Assembly (NCBI GenBank): GCA_028875055.1
Contig: JAPPGG010000031.1
Coordinates: forward strand, 12,372-76,371
Direction: 5' to 3'
Origin: Chloroflexota bacterium
GTDB taxonomy: Bacteria; Chloroflexota; Dehalococcoidia; Lucifugimonadales; UBA3495
Length of the DNA: 64,000 nt
The notes under the pieces were generated by a model, which was not told where the DNA came from, searched no databases, and was given only the letters and a program-made list of their open reading frames with translations. This document shows positions 17,113 through 27,105 of the stretch, one piece after another (position 1 is the stretch's first letter; each line of letters starts with the position of its first letter). The position numbers and the translations under genes are program-made.

Positions 17113-18926
17113 GGCGTCACCAGCGGGCTGGGTGGAGTGGAGGTCGCGGGAGGAACGTCGGTGCGGGAGTCGAACACTTCCAGCCGGTGGGGCTTGGGAG
17201 TACGGATGTAGGCGAGAAACCGGTCCAGGGGCAGGGTGTTCAGGATGTGCCTTGACTCGCACCAGGCCCGGCGGGCGACGGCCACGCCGAAGCGGCTCTG
17301 GCCCAGGCTGGTGTAGTGGTGCGAATCGGTGTTGATGGCCAGGGGGACTCCCAGTTCGCGGGCGCGGTGGGCGTGGGTATCCTTCAGGTCCAGGCGTTCC
17401 GGCGCGGAGTTGACCTCCATGGCGGTGCCGGTTTCCCGGGCGGCGCGCAACAGGGCCTCGATGTCAAACTGCACGGGCTGGCGGCGACTCAACAGGCGGG
17501 TGGAGGGGTGGCCGATGATGGTGACCGAGGGATGCTCCATGGCCCGAATGATCCGCTGGGTCATGGTGTCGCTGTCCTGGCCCATGGCCGAATGGACCGA
17601 AGCCACCACCACGTCCAGCTCCGCCAGCAGTTCGTCCGGGTAGTCCAGGGCGCCGTCGGCGCGGATGTCCACCTCGGTGCCGCAGAGGATGGTAATGGGA
17701 TATTGGGACTGGAGGTCCCGCAGAATTCCGATCTGCTCGACCAGGCTGTCGTTGGAGAGCCCGTTGGCAACGCCCCGTCCGGAGGAGTGGTCGGTCAGAG
17801 CCATGTACTGGTAACCCTGCTCCACCGCAGCCTCTATCATTCGCTCGATGGGGTCGCGTCCGTCGCTCCATTCGCTGTGCAGGTGCAGGTCGCCCTTCAG
17901 GTCGCCCACGGTCACCAGGTTGGGAAGAGCGTTGACCTGGGCGGCTTCCAGTTCGTTGAAGCCAATGCGCAGCTCGGGGGCGATGTAGGGAAGGCCCAGG
18001 AAGGCGTAGAAAGAGTCCTCGTCAGGGAAACTGGAGACCTCGCCGTTGGCCAGGTTGGTTATGCCGTATTCGTTGAGGGAATAGCCCCGGCGGTTGGCGT
18101 AGTCGCGCAGGCGAATGTTGTGCTGCTGGCTGCCGGAGAAGTACTGGAGCATGGCGCCGAAGGAGCCGGCCTCGCCCAGCCTCAGGTCAACCTGAATTCC
18201 CTCTTCCAGGATTACGCTGGTCTTCTTTGGCCCGTGAACCAGGACCTCCTTAACGGAGGGAAGGGCTGCCAGGACATCGCCGGCGCCGGCCTGGAGTTCC
18301 TCGGGGGCCACGCCCACCAGGTCGATGTCGCCGATGGTCTCCTCCCAGCGGCGCAGGCTGCCGGCGGGGTACAGCTGCTCCACGCCGGGGCATTCGGCCC
18401 GCAGGGCGGCTACCGTCTCCTCGGCCACGGCCAGGGCCATGCCGATGGGCGTCCGGCCGTCCTTGGTTCGCATGGACTGAATGTGGCGGAGGATGTTGCC
18501 GGCAGTGCGACGGCCCATTCTCGGGAGGGAGGCCAGGGAGCCATCGAGGATGGACTTTTCGATGCCCTCAATGGTGCTGATGCCCAGTTCCTGGGTGATC
18601 AGCATGGCCGACTTGGGGCCGATACCGGGGATGGTCATCAGGGTCAGGACGCCGTCGGGCAGCTCCCCTACCAGTTCGTCGTAGGCCCGGACTCTGCCGG
18701 TGTCCAGGTATTCCTGGGTTTTTTCGCTGATGGCCTTGCCGATGCCCGGGATTTTCTTCAGGTCCACCTCGTCGCGTACCGCCTGCTCCAGGGAAAAGGA
18801 GAGGTGGCCGATGGTGCGGGCGGCCCGCTGGTAGGCCCGGATTTTGAAGACGGTGTCTCCCTTCATTTCCAGAAGGGTGGCCATGCTCTCAAAGAGTTCC
18901 GCTATTTCTTCATTGCTTACAGCCAT
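17109..18926 (-). CDS. polX: family X DNA polymerase with C-terminal PHP domain (PolX)
   Basis: 605 aa. N-terminal HhH/8-kDa region (FKIRAYQRAARTI; IPGIGKAI; IPGIGPKS), the nucleotidyltransferase motif GSLRRWEETIGDIDL, and the PHP domain GDLHLHSEWSDG ... INTDSH. Confidence 0.9.
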   Translation of the reverse strand: MAVSNEEIAELFESMATLLEMKGDTVFKIRAYQRAARTIGHLSFSLEQAVRDEVDLKKIPGIGKAISEKTQEYLDTGRVRAYDELVGELPDGVLTLMTIPGIGPKSAMLITQELGISTIEGIEKSILDGSLASLPRMGRRTAGNILRHIQSMRTKDGRTPIGMALAVAEETVAALRAECPGVEQLYPAGSLRRWEETIGDIDLVGVAPEELQAGAGDVLAALPSVKEVLVHGPKKTSVILEEGIQVDLRLGEAGSFGAMLQYFSGSQQHNIRLRDYANRRGYSLNEYGITNLANGEVSSFPDEDSFYAFLGLPYIAPELRIGFNELEAAQVNALPNLVTVGDLKGDLHLHSEWSDGRDPIERMIEAAVEQGYQYMALTDHSSGRGVANGLSNDSLVEQIGILRDLQSQYPITILCGTEVDIRADGALDYPDELLAELDVVVASVHSAMGQDSDTMTQRIIRAMEHPSVTIIGHPSTRLLSRRQPVQFDIEALLRAARETGTAMEVNSAPERLDLKDTHAHRARELGVPLAINTDSHHYTSLGQSRFGVAVARRAWCESRHILNTLPLDRFLAYIRTPKPHRLEVFDSRTDVPPATSTPPSPLVTP

Positions 18927-18978
18927 AATCCAGCTTCCTGACCGGCCGGTTCAGCCTATATGTTGTCGGGCGTCCAGC

Positions 18979-19629
18979 TCAGATGTTGCCTCTTTCACCG
19001 CGGTCCAGGCGTTTTTCCACGTATTGGGTGGCGCGGAGCATTCGGCGGCACTTGCGCAGGATCTGCCAGTTGCCCAGCAGGGGTTCGCCAAAAGCCACAA
19101 GCATGGCAGCAAGGGTGAAGCCGGCGCCGGCCGCCAGGACCGTCATGGGGTAGCCGATGCCGACGAACTCGAAGACCAGGGCGGCGCAGCCAGTGATGAG
19201 GGTGAACACCAGCCCAACGGGGTAGCCGTACCAGCAGACCTTCCAGGCGGTTCTTCGGGCTGACTGGACCAGCGGGTTCCTGGGAACGAACCTGGGGAAT
19301 GCCTGGAAGTCGGAGTAACCGAACCTGGGGTCCCTCTCGGACAAGCGGATAATGTCATCCACCTTCTTTTCCGTGAGGGAGACCGCGTTTTCCACGGCGT
19401 TCTGCTGAATTTCGTGCACGGCTACGAAGAACCGGGTAAGGCCCACCACTATTTCCACGGCCAGCCGACCGCCCAGGGTGGATATGAGGAAAAGGGCCAG
19501 GCCTACCGAAGTGGCCATTTCGGGCGACTGGGGCCAAAGGGCGGCGGCGCCCACAACTCCGACGATGACACCCGCAACAAGGAGGGGCAGCGTCGAAACG
19601 GCATAGGACAGCCTGGTATTTACGGGCAT
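18979..19629 (-). CDS. hypothetical integral membrane protein
   Basis: 216 aa with four hydrophobic segments flanking a soluble loop. No recognisable family. Confidence 0.6.
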   Translation of the reverse strand: MPVNTRLSYAVSTLPLLVAGVIVGVVGAAALWPQSPEMATSVGLALFLISTLGGRLAVEIVVGLTRFFVAVHEIQQNAVENAVSLTEKKVDDIIRLSERDPRFGYSDFQAFPRFVPRNPLVQSARRTAWKVCWYGYPVGLVFTLITGCAALVFEFVGIGYPMTVLAAGAGFTLAAMLVAFGEPLLGNWQILRKCRRMLRATQYVEKRLDRGERGNI

Positions 19630-19724
19630 TTGCTCCTCAATTCCACGTACAAACGGAAAGGGTAGAGTCCCTTACATATTACCACAACGGGGTCCGACTT
19701 CAGGTTGAGGGGCGGCCGCGTGCA

Positions 19725-19869
19725 GGGCAACGGCGCCTTGAAAGATTGCCATTCAGGACGACCTGGACTGGCTTTCTGAACCAGGCGGAGAATCCGCGCT
19801 CCCCACGGCAGGCTCAGATCGACATGACTCCCGCTGGAGCGGACAGCGAGAAGTGAGGAGCGATTGCCC
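19725..19869 (+). repeat. possible short, degenerate MITE-related copy
   Basis: Ends are gggcaacgg ... cgattgccc. The interior shares only cggcaggctcagatcgacatgact with the family core. Confidence 0.35.
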
Positions 19870-20156
19870 TCCGCTTGCGAAAGAGAACCCCGTAATTCCC
19901 AAGAACAAGCATGCAAAGTCTTACCTGCCAGGCCCGCGCCCAGACCGCTAGACTTTGAGCGTGAGCGGTTGCGCAAGTCGGCCAGCGGCCTGCAAGTCTC
20001 CTCCGGGGGCGCCGTCAAATGCGCCGCGTCCTTCCCGCGCCTGAGGGTATCTTGACCGGCGTTGTGGGGGTTACCTATTTCGCGGGAACGACGAAACGGA
20101 ACGCCCTGAATTTCCGGGCGTGGTGGTGGTTCGGGGATGGGGCGGATGTACCGGAA

Positions 20157-21617
20157 CTAGCGGGGTTCCGCCTGTTCCTGCCGCTGCTTTCGCCGACGTT
20201 CCCGGGTCCACGACCGGCGCGTAAAGTTTAGGCCCAGGCCTCGCTCAATTTCCTTCCACTTCCGGTCTTCATCGGGAGTGATGAAGGTGATTGCCTCGCC
20301 TGCCCGGCCCATGCGGCCGGTACGGCCCACCCGGTGGGTGAACAGCTGCTCGGAGTCCGGCAGGTCGTAATTGATGACCTGTCCTATGCCCTCAACGTCC
20401 AGACCCCGCGCCGCCACGTTGGTGGCTACCAGGATTTGCGCCGCTCCGGAGCGGAAATCCTTCATCACGCGGTCGCGGGCTGGCTGGCTGAGATCCCCCT
20501 GCAGGGCGCCTACCGGATAGCCCAGGGCATCCAGCTGTTTTGCCAGACGCTTGACCCCATGCCTGGTCTTTCCAAAGACCAGGACAGGAGAGCCTTCACT
20601 GCGGTCCAGCAGAGTTCGCAACGCTTCCATCTTGTCGGTTTTCTGGATGGAGTAAATCAGGTGCTCCACTGAGGGCAGGGTTTGCAGGTCGGCGTCAATG
20701 GCCACCTTCACCGGGTCTTTGAGGTGTTTCCTCGATGTTTTCGATACCCACTCGGGCATGGTGGCCGAGAACAGCGCCGTCTGCCGCTGTGAAGGTGTCT
20801 GGCTCAGAATGGCGTCAACGTCAGCGGCGAATCCGCGGTCCAGCATCTCGTCTGCCTCGTCCAGCACCAGGAAGCGCACCGATTTCAGGTTCAAACTGCC
20901 CTGCCGAACATGGTCCAGGGTGCGGCCGGGAGTCCCGACTATTATCTGCGCCCCCCGCTTCAAAGCCTTGTAATCGTTGCCCACGGAACGGCCGCCGTAC
21001 AACAGAGTGACGTGCAGCCCTTGGGGCCGCGCCAGCTCCTCTATAACGCCGCCGACCTGAATTGCCAGTTCGCGGGTGGGTACAAGAACCAGGGCCTGGG
21101 GCTGGCGGCTGGTGGACTCGCACTGCTCGACCATCGGCACGGCAAAGGCCAGGGTCTTGCCGGAGCCCGTGCGCGCCTGGCCGATAAGGTCTCTTCCTTC
21201 CAGCAGGTGGGGTATGCACTGGTCCTGAATCGGGGTAGGCTCCGAAATTCCCATGGCCGCAATGGCGGCCCGGGTGGCCTTGTTCAGAATCATCCCGGGG
21301 AAAATGGAGTCATGCGAATCGGCCTCTTTACTTACGCTGGCCTGGACCCCATTGACGGACTCTTTCCGCGATGGGTGTTTCCCATTCGGGGAAGACTTGG
21401 CCGGAGGCTTTTGGTCAGTGGTAACGCTGTTTCGCCGGAGGTACAGGCAGTCTGAGCAATACACTGGCCTGCCCTTGACGGGGAGAAAGGGAACAGTGGT
21501 GGACGCCCGGCAGTCGGCGCAAATTACCTGGTGACGCTGGGGACGGGGAATGTCTGGGCTGTTGTTCTTCTTGGGGCCGGGTTTCGGGGAACGGGGCGAC
21601 CTGGATTGCAAACGCAT
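20157..21617 (-). CDS. DEAD-box ATP-dependent RNA helicase with N-terminal CxxC-x17-CxxC zinc ribbon and basic C-terminal tail
   Basis: Q motif (GISEPTPIQ), AQTGSGKT, DEAD (LDEADEM), SAT, HRVGRTGR. The start is placed at ATG 21617 (MRLQSRSP), 11 nt after aaggag. The ORF-track start at 21926 adds about 103 low-complexity residues. Confidence 0.9.
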   Translation of the reverse strand: MRLQSRSPRSPKPGPKKNNSPDIPRPQRHQVICADCRASTTVPFLPVKGRPVYCSDCLYLRRNSVTTDQKPPAKSSPNGKHPSRKESVNGVQASVSKEADSHDSIFPGMILNKATRAAIAAMGISEPTPIQDQCIPHLLEGRDLIGQARTGSGKTLAFAVPMVEQCESTSRQPQALVLVPTRELAIQVGGVIEELARPQGLHVTLLYGGRSVGNDYKALKRGAQIIVGTPGRTLDHVRQGSLNLKSVRFLVLDEADEMLDRGFAADVDAILSQTPSQRQTALFSATMPEWVSKTSRKHLKDPVKVAIDADLQTLPSVEHLIYSIQKTDKMEALRTLLDRSEGSPVLVFGKTRHGVKRLAKQLDALGYPVGALQGDLSQPARDRVMKDFRSGAAQILVATNVAARGLDVEGIGQVINYDLPDSEQLFTHRVGRTGRMGRAGEAITFITPDEDRKWKEIERGLGLNFTRRSWTRERRRKQRQEQAEPR

Positions 21618-22136
21618 ACAGGGACATACTCCTTGGTTACGAACAGGAAGAGCGGGAAAATCAACGCGGGACGCAAGAAAGAGGCAACAGGTGTGCAGTA
21701 AATGCGAAGACGTCGGTGAGCTGTTCCATCGGTTGAAACCATTATAACGGGTGCGGGCGGTTTGTGCTTGACCATTGAAGCGAGGTTTCCGGGGTAGTTG
21801 CCTTCCGGAGGCCGTTTCAATAATCATCCGGCGGGCTGGCATCTGGGATTGGTGGCGATTCCTCAGCTGTCGGCGCCCCCGTTCTGACCTACGCCGGATG
21901 TGCGTCATAATGGCAAATTGTCGCACTATTCGTTGACTTGATACACAATTAACGTAAACAAAGCTAGCAGCTAAGCCCCGCCAAATGGCGGGACGTTACT
22001 GTGATAGAATCTGGCCCGGTGTGCCCCAACCAAAAGCGACCCGGCGGTTGTCCGCCGGGTCTACTGCAGTAACCACTCCATCGCAAGCTAAGGATGGTAC
22101 GGGCCACTCTACTTCACTTCAGTCGGTGCGCCAACT

Positions 22137-22460
22137 ATGATTGGACGAATGATAATCTTGGCCCTGCTGTCCGCTCCTATCGGACTTTCTTGGGCGGGCA
22201 TATTGGGATTCTCTCTCTTGCGATGGTCAATAGTTGCCGGAAGCATCGGAGCGGGATTAGCAGTCATTCTTGAGTTGTACAACTTCCTGCGGGTGAATGC
22301 AGAGCTATCAGACCCCACCAATAAGGAATTGCGGGCATTCGCCCTGATGTCCTACGCAATGTCTGGCCCAAGCCTGTTCGTTTCAAAGATGGCCTTCTTT
22401 CTGTCTTGGGTCAGCCTGTTGATTTGGGGCATTGTTGCGTTGGTCAGAATTTTTCTTTAA
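22137..22460 (+). CDS. small hypothetical membrane protein (AT-richer islet)
   Basis: 107 aa, three or four TM-like segments, lower GC than the flanks. No recognisable family. Confidence 0.45.
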   Translation: MIGRMIILALLSAPIGLSWAGILGFSLLRWSIVAGSIGAGLAVILELYNFLRVNAELSDPTNKELRAFALMSYAMSGPSLFVSKMAFFLSWVSLLIWGIVALVRIFL

Positions 22461-22659
22461 CCGCCTGACTATGCCTCTTCGAAATGAAACGGGCTGACGT
22501 CAATGTTCCAATCCACGTTGCTAGATTCACAATTCTCTAATTTGTCGCACAATTCCTGCTTTTCAAGGGATTTTGACACACAGCCCGACCTGCCCCGACA
22601 AGGGGAGATGGCCTTGGAAATGTCTTCCTGTCCCTTTCATGGAGGAGCCTGCGGCAACC

Positions 22660-25023
22660 TCACGGCGATGTGGCTTCGGGTTTGAGGAGGAGGGTCTCCA
22701 CGGTGGCATTTTCGATGGCCTGGCGGGTCCAGGGTATGGGGACGCCGGCGCCCCGCAGCCAGAAGGGCAGCAGGTCGGCGTAGTGGGGCGACAGGGGGTT
22801 GCCCGACTGTCCACCGGGCAGGGAGAACAGGGATTCGTCCCAGTTGCCGACGTCCAGAACCATGCGCAATGAGGGGACGACGCCCGGGCGGGCCAGGGGG
22901 TCTTCGCGAAAGGCCCCGGTTTGGGCTACCGTGTTGGCGTCTCCGGGGAAGGGAAAGGGGCCCAGGTTGAAGACGGAGCCCACCACGGGCAGCCGACCAA
23001 GCGGATGGGTAAGGGTAGCCGGGCTGCGGGCGCGACCCCACTGCCAGCTTTCGGAAGGCTGGCCCAGACGGCCTACAGCGGCCAGGTACGCCGAGCGGAG
23101 GGCGTCGTCAATCTCAGCCGGCCAGCCGTTGGGGAACCAGCCCTCGGGGAGGGACCTCAGCAGCCTGGAGACGCGGCCGGTCTGGCGTGCCGCAAACAGG
23201 GAACTGCCTATAACCGGGCTCAAGCTGCGTCCCAGCGCCCAGGGGTGAGAGCGGGGCGCCTTTACCCTGGCGGTCCGGCTGGAAAGTTCGGCCACAAGGA
23301 TGTGGAACAGGGTGGCGCCGGGGGAACTGGCGGACATGGCGCCGTCCCAAGCCTGGAGAAGCTCCCGCGCGGCCCGGGACTCGGGACTGGCAGGGGGACA
23401 GGAAAGGATGACCTCCCGCATTTCTTCCCAGGGCATGGACTTTACATCGAGCTGCAAGGCGGACGCAGCGCTGATGTCCCAGTCCGACCGCTCATCCAGC
23501 GCCTCCAGGATGCGGCCCAGCCGGTAACCGTCAACCCAGTCCACGCCCAGGAAGGGGCCGGAGCCGTGGGGTTCGGGCTGGGTGTTGGCGGCGGCAATGA
23601 AGCCGGATGAGGGGTTCAGGACGCTGGGCATCCGGTTAAAGGGGATGCCTTCGTCGTCCCAGCCGTTGCCCCTTACCCAGCCGGGGGCCGGCAAGGTGCC
23701 GTTGCCCTGGGTGCGGCAAGGCGCCTGCCCGACCAGACGGTAGCCGATGTTGCCGCGGGTGTCGGCATAGACCATGCCGAGGGGGAGAATGGGCCACTGG
23801 GCGAAGTCCGCGAAGAACTCTTCGAAGCTGGTGGCTTCCAGGGCATCAAGGAATCCCCGCAGCGGGAGGGGGTCCAGCCAGAGGGCCCGCATGGAAATGG
23901 CGCCAAGCTCATCGCCCAGGGCGGGGCTGACCATCGGTCCCCGGGGGGTGACCAGGACCTCCTCCTCAACGGAGTCGCCGCCCCGGATACGGATTAATTC
24001 CCGGCGGACCTGGCAGGGAACGTACTGGCCGTCTTCCAGGACCGACCGACCATCGGGCCCGATCTGCTCGAGGAACAGGTCGGTGTTGTCGAGGAGACCG
24101 GCGGTCACACCCCAGGCGCAGTTGCCGTTGTGACCCAGGGCCATGGCCGGGGTTCCGGGCAGGGCGGCGCCGGCCAGGGCCCACTGGGGCGCTTGAAGCC
24201 GTGCCAGGTACCAGTGGGGAGGCAACGTGGCGCTGAGATGGGGATCGTTGGCCAGCAGCGGGCGCCCCGACAAAGTCCTGCTGCCCGAAACGGCCCAGCC
24301 GTTGGAACCGCCGCCGGTGCCCATGGTTTCCTGCAATGCCGCCAGGTCTTCGGCCAGGCGTTCGGCCGCGCTGCCGGCTACGCCAGCCGGGGGCGCGGGT
24401 ACAGGGTGCCACTCGGGGTATTGGGGGTCGAGGGCCAGGAGGGACTCCGGTCCGTCCAGGTTGAAGACCATCAGCCTGGCCAGTTCCGAGTCCCAATTGG
24501 AGGGCATCACCAGGGACTGCAGCTTCATAATGGATACAACGTCGATGGCGGTGAAGTCGGTAAGTGGCGCCCGCAGCAGGACCAGCTCGTGGGGGCGACG
24601 GGGGAGGCCGAGGGAATGGCCGGCGTTAACGCCGGAGGCGAAGGCCGTGATTATGGAACTTATGCGGGGCTCCAGGATGGCGAACTGGGCCTCGGCGGCA
24701 GGGCGCAGTCCCACCCGGCGGACGAGGCGGTCCACGGGCAGGGTGGCCTTGCCGAAAAGCTCGGAAAGGGTCCCGGCGGCGGCCCGCCTGGAGAGTTCGA
24801 TCTGCATCGCCCGGTCCTGGCCCTGGCAGAAGCCGAAGCCGAAAAAGACGTCCAGCTCGTCGTCGGCCTCTATCATCGGAATCCCGTAACGGTCTCGGCG
24901 TATGGTGACCGGGCCACGGAGACCCTTAACCTTCAGTTGGCCGCCAGTCAGGGGCAGGCGGGAGCCGAGCAGGAGGCGCAGCAGAGCGCGGCTGCAGGAG
25001 GAAAAGTCAGGGAGGAAGGACAT
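22660..25023 (-). CDS. penicillin acylase family Ntn-hydrolase (AHL/penicillin acylase-like)
   Basis: 787 aa. Contains the autoprocessing/nucleophile site GGGSNGWAVSG, LLANDPHL, and an alpha-spacer-beta architecture. Confidence 0.88.
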   Translation of the reverse strand: MSFLPDFSSCSRALLRLLLGSRLPLTGGQLKVKGLRGPVTIRRDRYGIPMIEADDELDVFFGFGFCQGQDRAMQIELSRRAAAGTLSELFGKATLPVDRLVRRVGLRPAAEAQFAILEPRISSIITAFASGVNAGHSLGLPRRPHELVLLRAPLTDFTAIDVVSIMKLQSLVMPSNWDSELARLMVFNLDGPESLLALDPQYPEWHPVPAPPAGVAGSAAERLAEDLAALQETMGTGGGSNGWAVSGSRTLSGRPLLANDPHLSATLPPHWYLARLQAPQWALAGAALPGTPAMALGHNGNCAWGVTAGLLDNTDLFLEQIGPDGRSVLEDGQYVPCQVRRELIRIRGGDSVEEEVLVTPRGPMVSPALGDELGAISMRALWLDPLPLRGFLDALEATSFEEFFADFAQWPILPLGMVYADTRGNIGYRLVGQAPCRTQGNGTLPAPGWVRGNGWDDEGIPFNRMPSVLNPSSGFIAAANTQPEPHGSGPFLGVDWVDGYRLGRILEALDERSDWDISAASALQLDVKSMPWEEMREVILSCPPASPESRAARELLQAWDGAMSASSPGATLFHILVAELSSRTARVKAPRSHPWALGRSLSPVIGSSLFAARQTGRVSRLLRSLPEGWFPNGWPAEIDDALRSAYLAAVGRLGQPSESWQWGRARSPATLTHPLGRLPVVGSVFNLGPFPFPGDANTVAQTGAFREDPLARPGVVPSLRMVLDVGNWDESLFSLPGGQSGNPLSPHYADLLPFWLRGAGVPIPWTRQAIENATVETLLLKPEATSP

Positions 25024-25256
25024 CAGCCCGTCTCATTTGAGGGCAGAGTAGTGGAAAAACATCGCGGGGGAGAGCAAGGCAGTAACTGTTGCATGCTTAA
25101 ATTTTACGCTGGGGCTGCGGTTTATTGAAGAGTTGCAGGTTCCGGTCGCTGCGGAGGGGAGTTTTCCTGGAGCGGCGTCCCGGCCATGACGGCGCTGTGC
25201 CCGGTATCCACCAGGGAATGTATAATGGGCCGAAACCAGATTTCGGAGGTGGTCCC

Positions 25257-25667
25257 GTGGCCAAGATCAAGCATGTTGCCATCACCTGCGAGGACCCGGT
25301 CGCCGTGGCCGAGTTCTACAAGAAGGGCTTTGACCTGGTGGAAGTGGCCCGCAACGAGCGACAGGTCCAGTTGACGGACGGCGACATTAACCTGACCCTG
25401 CTCAAGTGGAAGACCAATGCGGATGCCGACGTTGGCCCCAACGGCGAGAACTACAGCGGCATTCACCACATCGGGTTCCAGGTGGACAGCCTCCAGGAAA
25501 CGGGGGACAAGCTGCGGGGTATTGACGGGGAAGAGATTGTCCGGCGGGACCTGGCCGGCCCCGGGGAGGTCCGCGCGCCCCGCGCCGAGGAGAAGTGGTC
25601 CGGCCCCAACGGGCAGGTGCTGGATATCTCGGAGTCTGGGTGGCTGCACAAGCCGCCCATGGACTGA
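25257..25667 (+). CDS. VOC (glyoxalase/bleomycin-resistance/dioxygenase) family protein
   Basis: IKHVAITCEDPVAVAEFY ... GIHHIGFQVDS. The start is placed at GTG 25257, after ggaggtgg. The ORF-track start is 25125. Confidence 0.8.
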   Translation: MAKIKHVAITCEDPVAVAEFYKKGFDLVEVARNERQVQLTDGDINLTLLKWKTNADADVGPNGENYSGIHHIGFQVDSLQETGDKLRGIDGEEIVRRDLAGPGEVRAPRAEEKWSGPNGQVLDISESGWLHKPPMD

Positions 25668-25995
25668 CGGGCGTCCTCTGTCTTTTCGGAAGCCTTGCCA
25701 GGCAACAGGGGCTGGCCGGCGGTAGTGGTTGGAGGGGGTTTGCGGAAGGACATCGCATCCCGTGCCGGCGTTGCTCGGCTATATCTCAAGAGACTCTATT
25801 GAGAGCGATTGTTGGCGCAGAATAGAGGTTCTTGAGGCAGAGTAGCTGGAGTCTGATTGAGGGGGCATAGACCAGGGATGGCCTTGAGGGAGTTTGATTG
25901 AATGTCAATTCTCGGCGGGGTCTGGTAGGATAGGGTGTGTGCCATATAGAAGCGGAACACGCCAAGGCTGACCGACAAAGATGGAGGAGCAGCGC

Positions 25996-26328
25996 ATGAT
26001 CGACAATACCAGCGAACGGATGGAGTTCCTGGCTCATGATGCAGGAGGCCGGCCGCTGGTCTTTGAGGTGACCGTGGACTATGGGCGAGAGGAGGGAGCG
26101 TGGGTCGGCGTCTGCACGGCCCTGGGCGTCTCCACTACCGCCGACAGTCCGGAGGCTGCCCGGGAAGAGATGGCGGACATGCTCCTGGTCTATTTGGATG
26201 TCCTGGCCGAAGCGGGTGATCTGCTTGCCTGTTTGAGTGAACAAGGTGTGGAGGTCCGCGCCCCTGCCGGGCCGAGCGCGCAACGCCGCGTGGACGCTCT
26301 AACCCCCGTGGCAATCGCTGCCGCCTAG
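25996..26328 (+). CDS. hicB: HicB-like antitoxin (UPF0150 fold), tentative
   Basis: ~110 aa: FEVTVDYGREEGAWVGVCTALGVSTTADSPEAAREEM. It sits directly upstream of a HicA-like gene. ATG 25996 lies 7 nt after ggaggag; an alternative ATG is at 25981. Confidence 0.65.
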   Translation: MIDNTSERMEFLAHDAGGRPLVFEVTVDYGREEGAWVGVCTALGVSTTADSPEAAREEMADMLLVYLDVLAEAGDLLACLSEQGVEVRAPAGPSAQRRVDALTPVAIAAA

Positions 26329-26329
26329 G

Positions 26330-26566
26330 TTGACGATCACCGGCAGGGAGCTCATCGACTTGCTCCGGCGCAACGGCTGGACCGTCGTGCGTCGGTCTCG
26401 GCACGGCGTCGTGCTGGAGCGCCAATTCGAAGGCGAAACCCGCCCCAGGCGCACTGTCATCTCCCCCAAACATCAGCCCCTGGCCACCGGCACCTTGGCC
26501 CAAATCTTAGGACCCAAGCAGACCAAGTTAGGCCGGGCCGGGCTGGAAGACCTGCTACAAGATTAG
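26330..26566 (+). CDS. hicA: HicA-family mRNA interferase toxin
   Basis: 78 aa: GRELIDLLRRNGWTVVRRSRHGVVLER ... TVISPKHQPLATGTLAQIL matches the HicA/YcfA pattern. The TTG start is 1 nt after the hicB stop. Confidence 0.75.
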   Translation: MTITGRELIDLLRRNGWTVVRRSRHGVVLERQFEGETRPRRTVISPKHQPLATGTLAQILGPKQTKLGRAGLEDLLQD

Positions 26567-27035
26567 CCGCACGCCGTTTTCCTACAGAGCCTCATTTTCC
26601 GGGCGCTTGGCGCAGAGTTGTTGCACAAATGCCCGCCTTGCTCCGTTGAAGGGGAAAGAGGTTTGCCGCTCGGTCCTGTCGCGCCATCAACGGCAGGGTT
26701 CTGACACGGGCCTTACATGACTTGGCTGGGTCCAGGCCGGCGCTGCCGGCTCCGGCGAGGCCATGCGTCTCCCCTCTTGCGCGGCCGGGTAACCCCAGGC
26801 GCCTTGGCGCCCCGCTCTCGGGGAACGCAAAGGGCGTTCGCCGACGTCGGAGCCGTTGTCCCCCTGAATTCCGCTCGTTCTCCCCCCACCCGCAGGTTCG
26901 GATTTTCGTTGGTGGCCTTGGCGGCGGGATACCCGACTGCTGGCGGCTGAAGCTGGCCCAGATTGGACGGGCCTGCCGCATTCCGTAACCTGAGGAGAGC
27001 ATTCCACTTCAGGTGGCGTAGCGCCGGCAGAGCAG

Positions 27036-27105
27036 TCGAAATGTAGTCAGGGCCGGCTTCAGCCCCACCCCTAACTGCCATAAACCACCTGAATCGCAAC
27101 GCTGC
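27036..27105 (+). repeat. second copy of the 13968-14036 repeat family
   Basis: gtcgaaatgtagtcagggccggcttcagccccacccctaactgccataaaccacctgaatcgcaacgc aligns with 13968-14036. Confidence 0.65.
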
